64,000 bases of DNA, from positions 47,330-111,329 of IMG/VR virus record IMGVR_UViG_3300027280_000002; one strand, 5' to 3'. Source of the DNA: a virus. Under the pieces are notes generated by a model that saw only the letters and a list, made by a program, of their open reading frames with translations, was not told the origin of the DNA and did not search any database. How positions within the stretch are numbered: the stretch's first letter is position 1; each line of letters starts with the position of its first letter. Positions 53,601 through 59,942 of the stretch are shown here, in pieces. Position numbers and translations under genes: made by a program.

Positions 53601-54546
53601 TGAACAGAACTCTATTATATATGCTTTCCGCCAACTTAAAGAAGAATTAGGTGATGGAAGTAATCTATATAGTAATATTTTAATAAGTTCTATACTACAG
53701 TCAGGTTTAAATAATTCTCCTATATCATTTACATCTTTGTTACCTTATGAAGACTTCCAAAAAATATACAATCAAACATTGTCTACCTTAGAAAAAAACC
53801 CTAACTTGAACGACTTCTATGAACTAGGTATGTTCGAGAGAAATAATTGGTCTGCTGGAAGTGGAATTGTTCCATCAAAGAAGGCTCCTTGGATACAAAC
53901 AGATCAAGGTAAAAGATACAATCCAGCAATGTTATACCTTCCTAAAAACATTAAAGCAAGTACAGCTACAAAAGCTATACCTCAATTAGTAACAATTGGT
54001 ACAGGGACTAGGGAAGGACAATCAGACTATATAACATATAGTTGGAACAGTGGAAGTTATGATGCTAAACAAAGAAAAGAAATGGCTTCTAAAGGAGACT
54101 TCTCATTTATTAATAAAGCTTTATTTAAGAAGATAAAGAGTGGAGATGAAGGTTTTATTCATTCTTACAAACAGAAAAAAACTGGTAAACTTATGGAATA
54201 TTTTGTATACAAACATATAAATGCACTAGGAGATTCTTATAGAGCTCAAGAATATTACATAAATGCTAAGCCTTCTGTATTTGATAATGGTTTATTAAAA
54301 GCAGAAGAGAAACAAGATGTTACTATAATAGAAGCATGGAAAGGAAAAGCTGCTGTAAGGCCAGTTGCTCAAAAGAATGACACATCAGACAGTAACCAAT
54401 TAGTTACTAAAACAGGTGCAGTCTATAAATTAAGTTTGTCAAATGCTACGTACAGTGAAGCTGCTATTAATACAGTGCTATTAACAGAGCTAGGGTATAC
54501 AGAAGAACAAGCAGGTGAGATATTTGAAGAAATTTGTAAAATATAA
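41683..54546 (+). CDS. Giant virion RNA polymerase polyprotein (crAss/phi14:2-type two-barrel RNAP) with degenerate zincin
   Basis: ~4287 aa from ATG 41683; catalytic GSDFDIDK (DFDID 51901-51915), FRIPTQ (51781), ETDGGG, TLKP and DKYAL; HEAFE at 47809; Gly/Ala-rich hydrophobic N-region. Confidence 0.88.
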   Translation: MAKDIKKAQTGINIPPMANVPSPTSSNQSFMQERFGGYREPGNPRPMPNISTRPNLGVVKPNNGNQPSGLDLLLRDASTRGDRGKGDRITTADEYEGADRYDYFQPSSMGVDNEDMAGQYQSLGSKAVNGVTKGLILAGTTFIQGTAGLVNGVYQAINDGKFSSFYDNEFNRGLDGINKWSEDAMPNYYTAAERDANFYSPKYWATGNFVFDGVIKNLGFAAGAYLTGGAYTNVLKALPGTSRLFSMGKAAETLAATEKGLSAANKGAGVYGEIKALSDSFLAQYNLLNPAGRAVVAGLSTTGEAGIEALHNSNEFRQELIDEFKKEYGVVPGAEQMDNINAAVEGAGNASFYANVGILTASNYVIFPRIARSSFKADKRAINGLVREIDDIAYEGGKYAAKTSKLHPILRTLNNIRPYTFTVSEGLEEVSQYGSSVGTQDYYNKQYNNEATSWLTSIGVGLTKGVFSDEGAKNALIGGLSGGIMTGRGRYRRNQQRAADTAEAIELLNDFQLSDFTKESIYSNNRAGVLGEELEQAAERGDMLSYKNLESQYIINYLTPRIKYGRLDLVMQDIADMKKLSSTEQGFAQLVAEGKVQEGETKETFIARLENFKQTANDVNSLYQSLELRYGGITEEGVDGKRYRTYGPAVINKMIYAASTVADTDSRIPQLSAELQAAIPTLNIQEILQDLISGEVESFNNAVNQIQNLDILSDKKDVLGEKLNDVAALAKIRELMLQEYELIKTNPKNFQEKPLRQQDSVKTYEEILEDDANTFVIKAKNGEQSLQIGQEYFVGQGVNFEGETPLDEPVVISSFVPVGQNEDGTIQIKDQSGQVRDISPDVLLDYNVGRKSTLVNNKTANFYYRHRDKVFEFNFGKNFGGKRKGRLMYDNGKLFFVYKDSNGTILKKELANKFFAPQPGFDQARITPVGKVTAEQQDAANQFLSPEELAKNEQTLQSNRENRLKIMNDLGVESKRRLEEINKQLEKDRKKLAIIKKDLESIYTMKEGGSRIKLTYSKAQKNFTRAINNYTAMQQDTQDRITELEREQEELDLNTSYFEAFEVDLLDLPGNTKEFLKELKDQLSLLEQNGKAVNNEIKANNKLLDSIKKATKKAAKLLKSALETTYVYDEDYGDYLKDLLEKSVTGEDLLNTWPLLKQELANFNLTNDIQKETNVSERDVFDALESRKELEATLESLRKEYVAKKVIVDRFQRVMDEYVVEKQNQDKIANNTKLLADLQQTANTGPVTDAEPKSFDPISKKSNDVIPRASVGEPTGPIQDHQVRANTFGVNLNKFANRKNIRAIYLTLKTQDQKLDGVVQRILDNGSPELMEKFGDSIIVMVMIDTAGNLVGVDGQPIPNTKNQLDNAIYQTIPESSLTNTKGSLFRVEDSETAAIKKQFGVFRKGILDRNMVGVPFNIEASFGIPQYEQDSNGNNVLGTTSVVEADLISETDLSKTNVIFIPTTNKNIFKGTVTYSQPFGSVFLDLPNGYVKLRNRKHTTQEAEAIYDSLHALSKEIVDLDKGATSDTSVRLFNFLKGVTYWGIPVDTNGNRKATGQNSVFFEREIGESISGINFTKLSLKMGAFPSVDFNPVSISKNKEFIIETLGQMYNNIDNSNLKNIDQSFEQITKINENGTIESITWPNYQTYLLSKNIPGGGTRQDFQLPLHTTMKPVVEGSDEVNRRGVYFVNEDSAEDFISEVVPPKSTRIQVISPKGPAAPTQQTSEVSLNKQSSLSTIVSSWLQTEEGSLDNQTAEESASKFALIYNRKNPVTGEDNRSVAEIIEGNKSLTPGQRKDNAGQVGTDLFNTIAQGMSVRETILNEIKNQTLSLKPTPQTSEVEVVLDNKQTNTFTSPKGKKILFKASPSTTAQNYKEKGQISVMMNDDLKQLLAENPDAATQEKIKKSIKYEIYNYIAPELAKLKEQDAEDEMQMTPEMFDQIMAARKQKGKSSPSSDVLNALKNGRNNQNNEVLREVVTESIEGMSEENWKDARAWMSKNLPGVSFNRVKNIIKTKDGKKAWGFFENNSIYVYENAEVGTVYHEAFEAVFAQFLSPQEKEKLFNEFTSRKGTFVDRPTGRTVKYSQATRDEMREQLAEDFRDYIQDKKKPEGGFFSRVFKQLKDLIEKWFLSPQSQTYSNELFDKIDGGGFVSLDYLPLLPFGLFNSYDTVDFATPGTSAVFRVETGLSDVQVHDTIEHMTYLTLRNIIANNESLFSVPELNQTELYSRLKGEVLASVGQVAQQYKDIRPQFEKSTGGQLQEIDNKIDETVDLMQRIDDSWTYLTKKHKEYILSFGITFDEADQLQLEEDRSNKGYNSDATKIDNFKKTGAAVKLLLATVPVVTVNENADVRFSPSTINGVKLLPVTQTFITVLENVSNATSMENMLEKLRDVALNDPNYLSLYKRLSGRGANEGAVSLDNITERHQLTLLAALFKTFKKQNPIVKIVNVLENGETVVSEANLSTASRQMSQQYLNSIVTTSKRGNGIFKQVGGVFNPDTKKLSKYPLNTLQNMFNFLGGLGIPFNAKEYNNFDVGQKKRFASAVNGIKKSIEQSKDIKFFSTKSLNFAGQILNLATLKVIATNPEVSSTYFNIDGERVQTYIGTNAASEVHNFMTSVGNKQELGDTPYSYLLTDVFAQNSTIIERIYDAEGNLRTDKVNLFKPGYAGGILNGQKGTAKGSSQLQFPDRLRQELNQNINGQYLNLVPGDSSLEHTLEMGNPITERDIVSGGAVLNTVMKGYFLSEVELAREKRDIVEIDNRQTSDLRFFKEILGEELHEEIRQNVLDPALTAEQVYELSVDKIIDATSSYIQRNKNQYATFLLKYGVIQQAENEQSGELTDRYTASGVEGMTNMTIQEMDRKLLVQEINYIISNIEMHKILYGDPYGYKDELKRIKSFLSPRQAIVNNSPQWNNRANEIWNRGLEIDTVGYTKFTRDYFRTVTGGDVKGVIDIPNYKAYTETDGGGIISIKAYRNFRIRTADWNDAQESQYRYDIAWYKRHKSLPLSKSEKDLLKEGNPQVQSTYVTLKPIVSGAKLDKDGSVSANNNVVLDKYALYPLSYRVMHEINPTSNTLKLYDKMQKEDIDYLVFESGRKVGAEGIHDTYNDDGEFNNAEYESVINIPFNIISLQSEVPSKEDGRVTRASQITKLITLDYLDNGMPIDYKGALDQWLTLTEEQKQKASVIYAEIQNNTKLLDEMTKEGLNVMMKKLGITRVGNAYKVTDLAPAAKTLREELFKRETNDNISDALDGFLMGDAVLEATQSYNQIRNILYSIVQKSIVRPKINGGQKVQIPSALFESTRTKKTTINGKIGYTSEVLKFYNNSKGENVMEVMVGRWFGSSLSDEALLEYLNNTEEGQKILRGVAFRIPTQKQNSIDAIKIKQFLPKEFGDNVVVPAALVEKVGSDFDIDKLFMYLKNVTYINNELQLIPFYGYGEQSKKRFGELFDAGSLLNKAQQKELQAQIDLFESGELEGDLIEAIFGETFDNQDVIDDYILELKDKGIRQTVIDRMYMRSLENEFIQSTENLITFPENYERLTVPNDASQLEELSKEIVDKTKESAFNYRNVGNLLNRRFMARLRNAFVQGKRGIGIAAVNQTNLALNQHSPVFVELNSIKFRRKNTVNIPDNGEMISLSGVKNKAEDYISDINGQVIDGMVDISAGPWIIELGITPATASTWLYLIKAGVPIDSVAYFMNQPIIIDYLNKIEESGYTWLFIEDFANELKENKYDSPSNLTSAEKQLLPDSNALRSQLGKTTFSNKDAAYQRLILDEFLNYAKQAQDLFEVTQGTNWDTSTFNDPLLIFKKEEQYLNALQKPIFSYVDGKVIPAAEALVQTTFLKETILSLTQARNGIANFLTSDQDRSRTILQKVLRPYINRSDRDFIKISRAATNSFFDYAVQTDQNLNMFLKSLLIDKDGIAFQVDKFVEDVLGNPNHPLYENQVVRLLESDPNKRVGDVANNIKLRNNDRKVYEQNSIIYAFRQLKEELGDGSNLYSNILISSILQSGLNNSPISFTSLLPYEDFQKIYNQTLSTLEKNPNLNDFYELGMFERNNWSAGSGIVPSKKAPWIQTDQGKRYNPAMLYLPKNIKASTATKAIPQLVTIGTGTREGQSDYITYSWNSGSYDAKQRKEMASKGDFSFINKALFKKIKSGDEGFIHSYKQKKTGKLMEYFVYKHINALGDSYRAQEYYINAKPSVFDNGLLKAEEKQDVTIIEAWKGKAAVRPVAQKNDTSDSNQLVTKTGAVYKLSLSNATYSEAAINTVLLTELGYTEEQAGEIFEEICKI
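46843..47205 (+). repeat. 24-bp direct repeats flanking an in-frame cassette (339-nt period)
   Basis: CCAACACAACAAACTAGTGAGGTT 46843-46866 and CCAACACCACAAACTAGTGAGGTT 47182-47205, one mismatch. Confidence 0.85.
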
Positions 54547-54549
54547 GAA

Positions 54550-57500
54550 ATGGCGACATGTCCTAATATAAATTTACCAGAGTGGAAAGAGCTGGTTGCT
54601 GCCCAAGGTAAAGCAAGAGCATACTTTCTATGGAATGAGTATAGTGGTGATGTTCCTGGACAGGAATACACTGGTGTAGCAGGTGTTGAATCTATTTCCC
54701 CTAAAGTAAAACAACTTATAGCTAAAATGGGTGTAGACATTCTAGACCTACAAACTTATGCAGAGCAAAATCCTGATATAGATATTAGTGGTGCTTATGC
54801 TATTGCAGATGCTGTTGGAAAGATGATTGCTATAAGTGAAGGGTCTACAGATGTAGAGGTGACAGAAGAGATAGTGCACATTGCCACTCAAATAATAGAA
54901 GAAAAGAATCCTGGTTTAGTTACAGAAATGATATCTAAAATAGGTAGATTTAAAATATATAAGGACACATTAAAACAGTATAGGAACATTCCAGCTTATC
55001 AATTAGAAGATGGAAGACCTAATATTAGAAAGATAAAAAAAGAAGCTGCAGATAAACTAATTACTCAATTAGTCTCTAGTAGTCTAACTGAAACCGAAAT
55101 CTCTGAAGAGTTGTTAGAAGAAGAGAATGCTTCTATATTTAGAAGAATTTGGAATGATATAACTGACTGGTTCAAAGGACAGTATGCAAAATCTAATTTA
55201 AATATATTTCAAACAGCAGCTGATCAAGTTGTTGAAGGGGTAGAGGGAAGTTTAATTGATGGTACACCTAGAGAGATATACTTTTCTGTAACAGATGCTC
55301 AAAAGAATATACAGAGAGAACTATTAGAAACTCAGAAAATTCTTAGAAGTGTTCCTGTGGTAAAAGAGAACTCTAATCCTTTACTAGGTGATGAGATAAG
55401 TAATGAATATGAATTGTATGTAGACGGTGAATGGAAAAAGAATCCAAAAAGAGTAACAGACCAAGTAAAAAAATACTATTTAGAAAAGTTTAAAAATAAA
55501 CCACCGTTTACCAAAGAAGAGGATAGAGATAATGAGTTTAAAAAACAACTTGGTATAGAGTTTCATGATTACTTTCAAGAGATTCATTCTAGATACTTTA
55601 ATGAAGATGGCACAAGAAGAGAAGTTTCTAAACCTCGTCCTGTAATAGAAGATTCTAAAAAGGCTGTAGTCTATGCAAAGTTAGAAACATACTATACAAA
55701 TCTTGTTGCAGAATATTCTAAAGATGGAAAGACTCCTCTCGTATTTTCTGAGATAAAAGTATATAATAAAAAAGAAAAGGAAGCTGGTACGATTGATCTT
55801 CTTATCATAGATGAAAATGGTAAGGCTAATATATATGATTGGAAGTTTATGAGTATGTCTAAAACAGCTGAAGATGTATCTAATTACAAACAAGGTGCAT
55901 TTGGTATACAGCTTAGGTCATACAAAAATATATTACAGCAAGACTACGGAGTTAAAGAGATAGGAAAAAATAGAGCTGTTCCTATTTCTCTTGAATTGAA
56001 AAGAGAAAACTTTCAAGACAGTAAGTCTCCTTTAACTTTTACTGGTATAGGTATAGGTAGTGTAAACCCTACTGAAATAGAACCACTCTACTATACCCCT
56101 GTATCAGAAAAATCAGAGAAAACAGGATTTGAAGAATTAGACGACCTTATATCTAAACTAAATGCTGTATACGGTCAGATAAGTAAAACAATACCCAATG
56201 ACGAACTGTCAAAAAACAGTAAGAAAAATAGACTTGGGATTCTTAAACAGGCAATACGTCAAGCTCAGGCTAATGAAAACATCACTCCTACTATAGATGC
56301 TTTAAGAGTAATACAAACTGAAGGAGAAAATATTATAGCTGAGTATAAAACTATATATGAAGGAAGACCTGCACAATCAACAGACTTCGAAAATTCACAA
56401 CTTTCAGACTTCTCTAATAGAATAGATAACTATAAAGAACAAGCAAGTGCATTCAGTAAAATAAATGAAGAACTGTCTCCAATACTTCAAGCTGCTCAAA
56501 GTATTTCTAAAGAAGATAAGGCACGCATTCAAATTGACATAGATGCAAAAGCTCGTATGTTAAATATAAATGTTTCTGAGATAGAAAAAATAAGTGGTGA
56601 ATTTATAGACAAGTTTGTAGGACTAAGAAATAATGAAACAGGACTATTAGAACCCCAAGCTTTATTGAGAGGGCTTAAGGCAAGGTTCCGAAGTTTATCA
56701 GAGTTACCTCTGCCTTCACTAAGGATACTATCTAGACTAGCTAGAATAGCACAGTCAAAAGGACAAACTAAGTCATTAGAAGATGTTAATAAACTTTTAG
56801 AAATTAGAGATAAGATTAAGGAAAAAGGTGGTAATTTATTAAATACTGTAAATCCCTTATATCAAAAAGATAAAAAAGGAAGATTAGTAAATAAACTTGT
56901 ATACAAATATTCTAAAGACTTCTATGACGCTGTTAAGGATAACGCTCAAGAAGGAAATAGAAGTAAAGCGTGGTTACAGGACAATGTAGACTTATCAGCA
57001 TATAAGTTAGAAGCTGATAAAATGATTCAGAAACAGTTAGCTAGTAATAAAGAAGGATATGAAGATGAAGAATTAAGAAAGGAACTTGATCTGAAAGCTA
57101 AACGCATGTATGATGTGACTAGAAATGACTTTACTGGATGGGATAACTACATAATAAAAAGACACCCTTTGTCTAAATGGGAGTCAGTTGAATATCTTAA
57201 TATTAAAAAAGATAAGGATCTACTTGAGTTATATAATTTTACTCAAAAAATGAATGACGAAGCTGAAAAGATGGGTTATCTTCAAGGAAAAATTGCTAGC
57301 ACATTCTTACCTTTTGTTCGTAAAGGAACAGCAGAATCTCTTTCCTGGGAAAATGGTTTAAGTGTTTTACAAAACTTTGGAAAATCATTAACCAGAAGAG
57401 CAGATGATATAGGATATGGATCTATAAATGAGATTACAGGTGAAACAGAAAATGGTATACCTAAATACTATACTAGTGATTTTAGTAGAACTGAAGACCC

Positions 57501-59415
57501 TGAAGTAAATGACATGACTGATGTATCATTAGAATTCTTTAAAAATCAAATACTTTATATTCAACAGATGAATAAGTATAAGTACATGAAGGAAATTGAA
57601 GGACAGATAAATCTAGTTAGAACTATAGTACAAGCAAAAGATCATTACAAAACTAGTCCTAATTCCAAAGTGATAAGTGAAGGGGGAGAACCTGTAGTTG
57701 AAAAAGGTAATAAAAACAATGCAAAGATTTTTGACTTGTTTATGGAAACAATTATGTATGATAACGCATTTCCAGATGATAGTGAAGATTTTGGTATACC
57801 TACTGGGAAAATAAGAAAAGGTATAAATAGTGTTTGGACGCAAATGACAGGTAAACCTTTGTTTAAAGAAGGTGAGAAAGGAACTAACTATTCTATTGTT
57901 AAGAGTATGCAAGTTTTAAATAATGCTTTTCAAATGAAAACATTAGGATTAGAACCTATCTCTGGTGCGGTAAGTCTTTTTGGTGCAAACATTCAAGTAG
58001 CAGCACAGTCAGGTAACTACTTTAATTTTAGAGAGTACGTTAAGAATGAATTAAAAGTTTTAGGAAACTGGAGTAGAAAAAAAAGTGGTGTAGAAACAAA
58101 ACAAATGAAAGTTTTTGAGCAACTAACTGACTTGTTTATGCCGCTTAAAGATAGTCCTATATATGAAAAGTTAAAGACGTCTGGTGTAAACCTATCTACA
58201 AGACTTGACATGGAAGCAGGTGATACATTGTTTGCATTTTTCAGACAACCAGAAATAGTCTTAGAAAAAGGATTGTTCATGACTCTTTTAGATAACACAA
58301 TGGTTATTGATGGAAAGCTAATAAACATACCTGAGTTTGTAAGAAATAAATATAAAAATAGATACAACAACGCTGAAACATTTAGTAACATTAAAGGTGA
58401 TATAGAATCTGAAATACAAGATCTTAAAAAGAATAAATCCATAACTAGCACTTCTAAACTAGGAGAGAATGGTAAAGTAGAAGTTCCAGGTTTAAATTTA
58501 AATGACAGGAAAGAATTACAACGTATTACAGACCTCACAAGAACTTTAGCTAGAAATGCTACAGGTGGCTTTACAGACTTTGATAGTATTAAAATGAACA
58601 TGAACATCTGGACTAAGTCTATGATGGTATTTAAAGGGTGGATACCTAAACTTGTAGACACAAGGTTTAGTGAGTTTAGAAAAGTGGGAGATGACTTTAA
58701 TGTAAGAGTTGATGAAAATGGAATTCTTACTGGAGAGAAATATGATATTGGTAGAATAAGACTGTTCGTTGGTAATTTTCTGTCAGTTAATATATTAAAA
58801 AGTATAAGAGAGCTTCGATCAATAGGAGCAGTGGGAGGTACTTTAAACGATGAAGGTTTAGAAAAGTTAGATAAGATGTTTGAATACTACTCTACTTTCT
58901 ATAAAGAAACTACTGGTAAACCTTTCAACATGTCTAGAGAAGATTTTATAGACATGGTTAGAACTAATACTAGAAAACAATTACAAGAACTTCTTTTGTT
59001 AGTAGGATTAAATCTAATGCTATTTGCAGTAGGGTTTATGGAACCAGACGAAGATGATAGAGCTTCAAAAAACTGGTTCTATTTTCAAGAGAAAACTCTT
59101 AGAAGATTTCAACAAGAGCTTATGTTCTTTTATAACCCCTCAGAGTGGAGTGCTACTCTTGAAGGTGGTCTTTTCCCTTCTCTTTCATTACTAAGTGAGA
59201 TGGAAAAATTCATTACCCAATCTACTAAAGAAATTACAGGATATGATTACAGTGATCCAAATAAATCTGAACAGGACGTAAGAAGAGATGCTGTTCCTGT
59301 AAAGTATTTTATGAAACTATTACCTGTAACTAAATCTTTAGTACAGTGGTTATCAATATTTGATATCGGCTTTGCTGAAGAAATGGATGTAACAATAAAT
59401 GCACGTCCAAGATAA
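54550..59415 (+). CDS. Large cargo protein with degenerate zincin (EEIVH) and PD-(D/E)XK nuclease-like domain
   Basis: 1621 aa; EEIVH 54865-54879; GIEFH..SE...AGTIDLL...IYDWK...QLRSY (~55550-55925); hydrophobic segment near the C-terminus. Confidence 0.7.
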   Translation: MATCPNINLPEWKELVAAQGKARAYFLWNEYSGDVPGQEYTGVAGVESISPKVKQLIAKMGVDILDLQTYAEQNPDIDISGAYAIADAVGKMIAISEGSTDVEVTEEIVHIATQIIEEKNPGLVTEMISKIGRFKIYKDTLKQYRNIPAYQLEDGRPNIRKIKKEAADKLITQLVSSSLTETEISEELLEEENASIFRRIWNDITDWFKGQYAKSNLNIFQTAADQVVEGVEGSLIDGTPREIYFSVTDAQKNIQRELLETQKILRSVPVVKENSNPLLGDEISNEYELYVDGEWKKNPKRVTDQVKKYYLEKFKNKPPFTKEEDRDNEFKKQLGIEFHDYFQEIHSRYFNEDGTRREVSKPRPVIEDSKKAVVYAKLETYYTNLVAEYSKDGKTPLVFSEIKVYNKKEKEAGTIDLLIIDENGKANIYDWKFMSMSKTAEDVSNYKQGAFGIQLRSYKNILQQDYGVKEIGKNRAVPISLELKRENFQDSKSPLTFTGIGIGSVNPTEIEPLYYTPVSEKSEKTGFEELDDLISKLNAVYGQISKTIPNDELSKNSKKNRLGILKQAIRQAQANENITPTIDALRVIQTEGENIIAEYKTIYEGRPAQSTDFENSQLSDFSNRIDNYKEQASAFSKINEELSPILQAAQSISKEDKARIQIDIDAKARMLNINVSEIEKISGEFIDKFVGLRNNETGLLEPQALLRGLKARFRSLSELPLPSLRILSRLARIAQSKGQTKSLEDVNKLLEIRDKIKEKGGNLLNTVNPLYQKDKKGRLVNKLVYKYSKDFYDAVKDNAQEGNRSKAWLQDNVDLSAYKLEADKMIQKQLASNKEGYEDEELRKELDLKAKRMYDVTRNDFTGWDNYIIKRHPLSKWESVEYLNIKKDKDLLELYNFTQKMNDEAEKMGYLQGKIASTFLPFVRKGTAESLSWENGLSVLQNFGKSLTRRADDIGYGSINEITGETENGIPKYYTSDFSRTEDPEVNDMTDVSLEFFKNQILYIQQMNKYKYMKEIEGQINLVRTIVQAKDHYKTSPNSKVISEGGEPVVEKGNKNNAKIFDLFMETIMYDNAFPDDSEDFGIPTGKIRKGINSVWTQMTGKPLFKEGEKGTNYSIVKSMQVLNNAFQMKTLGLEPISGAVSLFGANIQVAAQSGNYFNFREYVKNELKVLGNWSRKKSGVETKQMKVFEQLTDLFMPLKDSPIYEKLKTSGVNLSTRLDMEAGDTLFAFFRQPEIVLEKGLFMTLLDNTMVIDGKLINIPEFVRNKYKNRYNNAETFSNIKGDIESEIQDLKKNKSITSTSKLGENGKVEVPGLNLNDRKELQRITDLTRTLARNATGGFTDFDSIKMNMNIWTKSMMVFKGWIPKLVDTRFSEFRKVGDDFNVRVDENGILTGEKYDIGRIRLFVGNFLSVNILKSIRELRSIGAVGGTLNDEGLEKLDKMFEYYSTFYKETTGKPFNMSREDFIDMVRTNTRKQLQELLLLVGLNLMLFAVGFMEPDEDDRASKNWFYFQEKTLRRFQQELMFFYNPSEWSATLEGGLFPSLSLLSEMEKFITQSTKEITGYDYSDPNKSEQDVRRDAVPVKYFMKLLPVTKSLVQWLSIFDIGFAEEMDVTINARPR

Positions 59416-59428
59416 AATAAAAAACACG

Positions 59429-59495
59429 ATTGCTATATTACACTAAGTAATTTTAATAGCAATAATTAAAAATTAAAAATAATAGCTTAAATTCG
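59429..59495 (+). promoter_or_regulatory. Dyad ATTGCTAT/ATAGCAAT with TGCTATATTA and -7-like TAAATTCG
   Basis: Arms at 59429-59436 and 59456-59463; TAAATTCG 59488-59495 followed by TAAATTATG, as at 38961-38978. Confidence 0.45.
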
Positions 59496-59501
59496 TAAAT
59501 T

Positions 59502-59927
59502 ATGAGAACCGCTGAAACTTGCCCAACTTGCTCCACTTTTCAAGATGCTACATGTATCTTGTATACTGGGGTATATCTACCTAATATTGATGCTAATCCA
59601 GGAACTGATCTGAATATTATATTAGAAGGTATAAATACAAATCTAGTACCTTTAACAGGAACAGGAGCTCCTGACGCACCTTCTTCTAATCCTCCTACAA
59701 ATATAAATTCTCCTGCACCTTATGTGGGGCAGATTTATATTGATAATGCTTCAAGTTTGGTATACTATGCAGCCACTTCAGGAACTGCAGATGATTATGA
59801 CATACTTATAACAGCACCTAAAACAGGAGCACCTGAATACTCTAACAATGCTGCAGCTGTGTTTGCAGGATTATCTATAGGTCAGATATATAGAACAGGA
59901 GACTTTCTTAAAATAGTACATTTATAA
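59502..59927 (+). CDS. Short fibre-like protein with CILYTG module
   Basis: 141 aa; C-terminal YSNNAAAVFAGLSIGQIYRTGDFLKI motif of the kind seen at phage fibre tips. Confidence 0.7.
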   Translation: MRTAETCPTCSTFQDATCILYTGVYLPNIDANPGTDLNIILEGINTNLVPLTGTGAPDAPSSNPPTNINSPAPYVGQIYIDNASSLVYYAATSGTADDYDILITAPKTGAPEYSNNAAAVFAGLSIGQIYRTGDFLKIVHL

Positions 59928-59942
59928 ATAACAACATTCCAG

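Noticed and set aside
478-58661. Other short minus-strand ORFs nested in long genes
   Set aside because: They lie within or largely overlap well-supported + strand genes and show no motifs.
1-59415. Introns, inteins or homing endonucleases in TerL, portal, MCP or RNAP
   Set aside because: No interruptions or LAGLIDADG/HNH motifs were noticed, and the RNAP has no internal Cys. A Ser-type intein cannot be excluded without a search.
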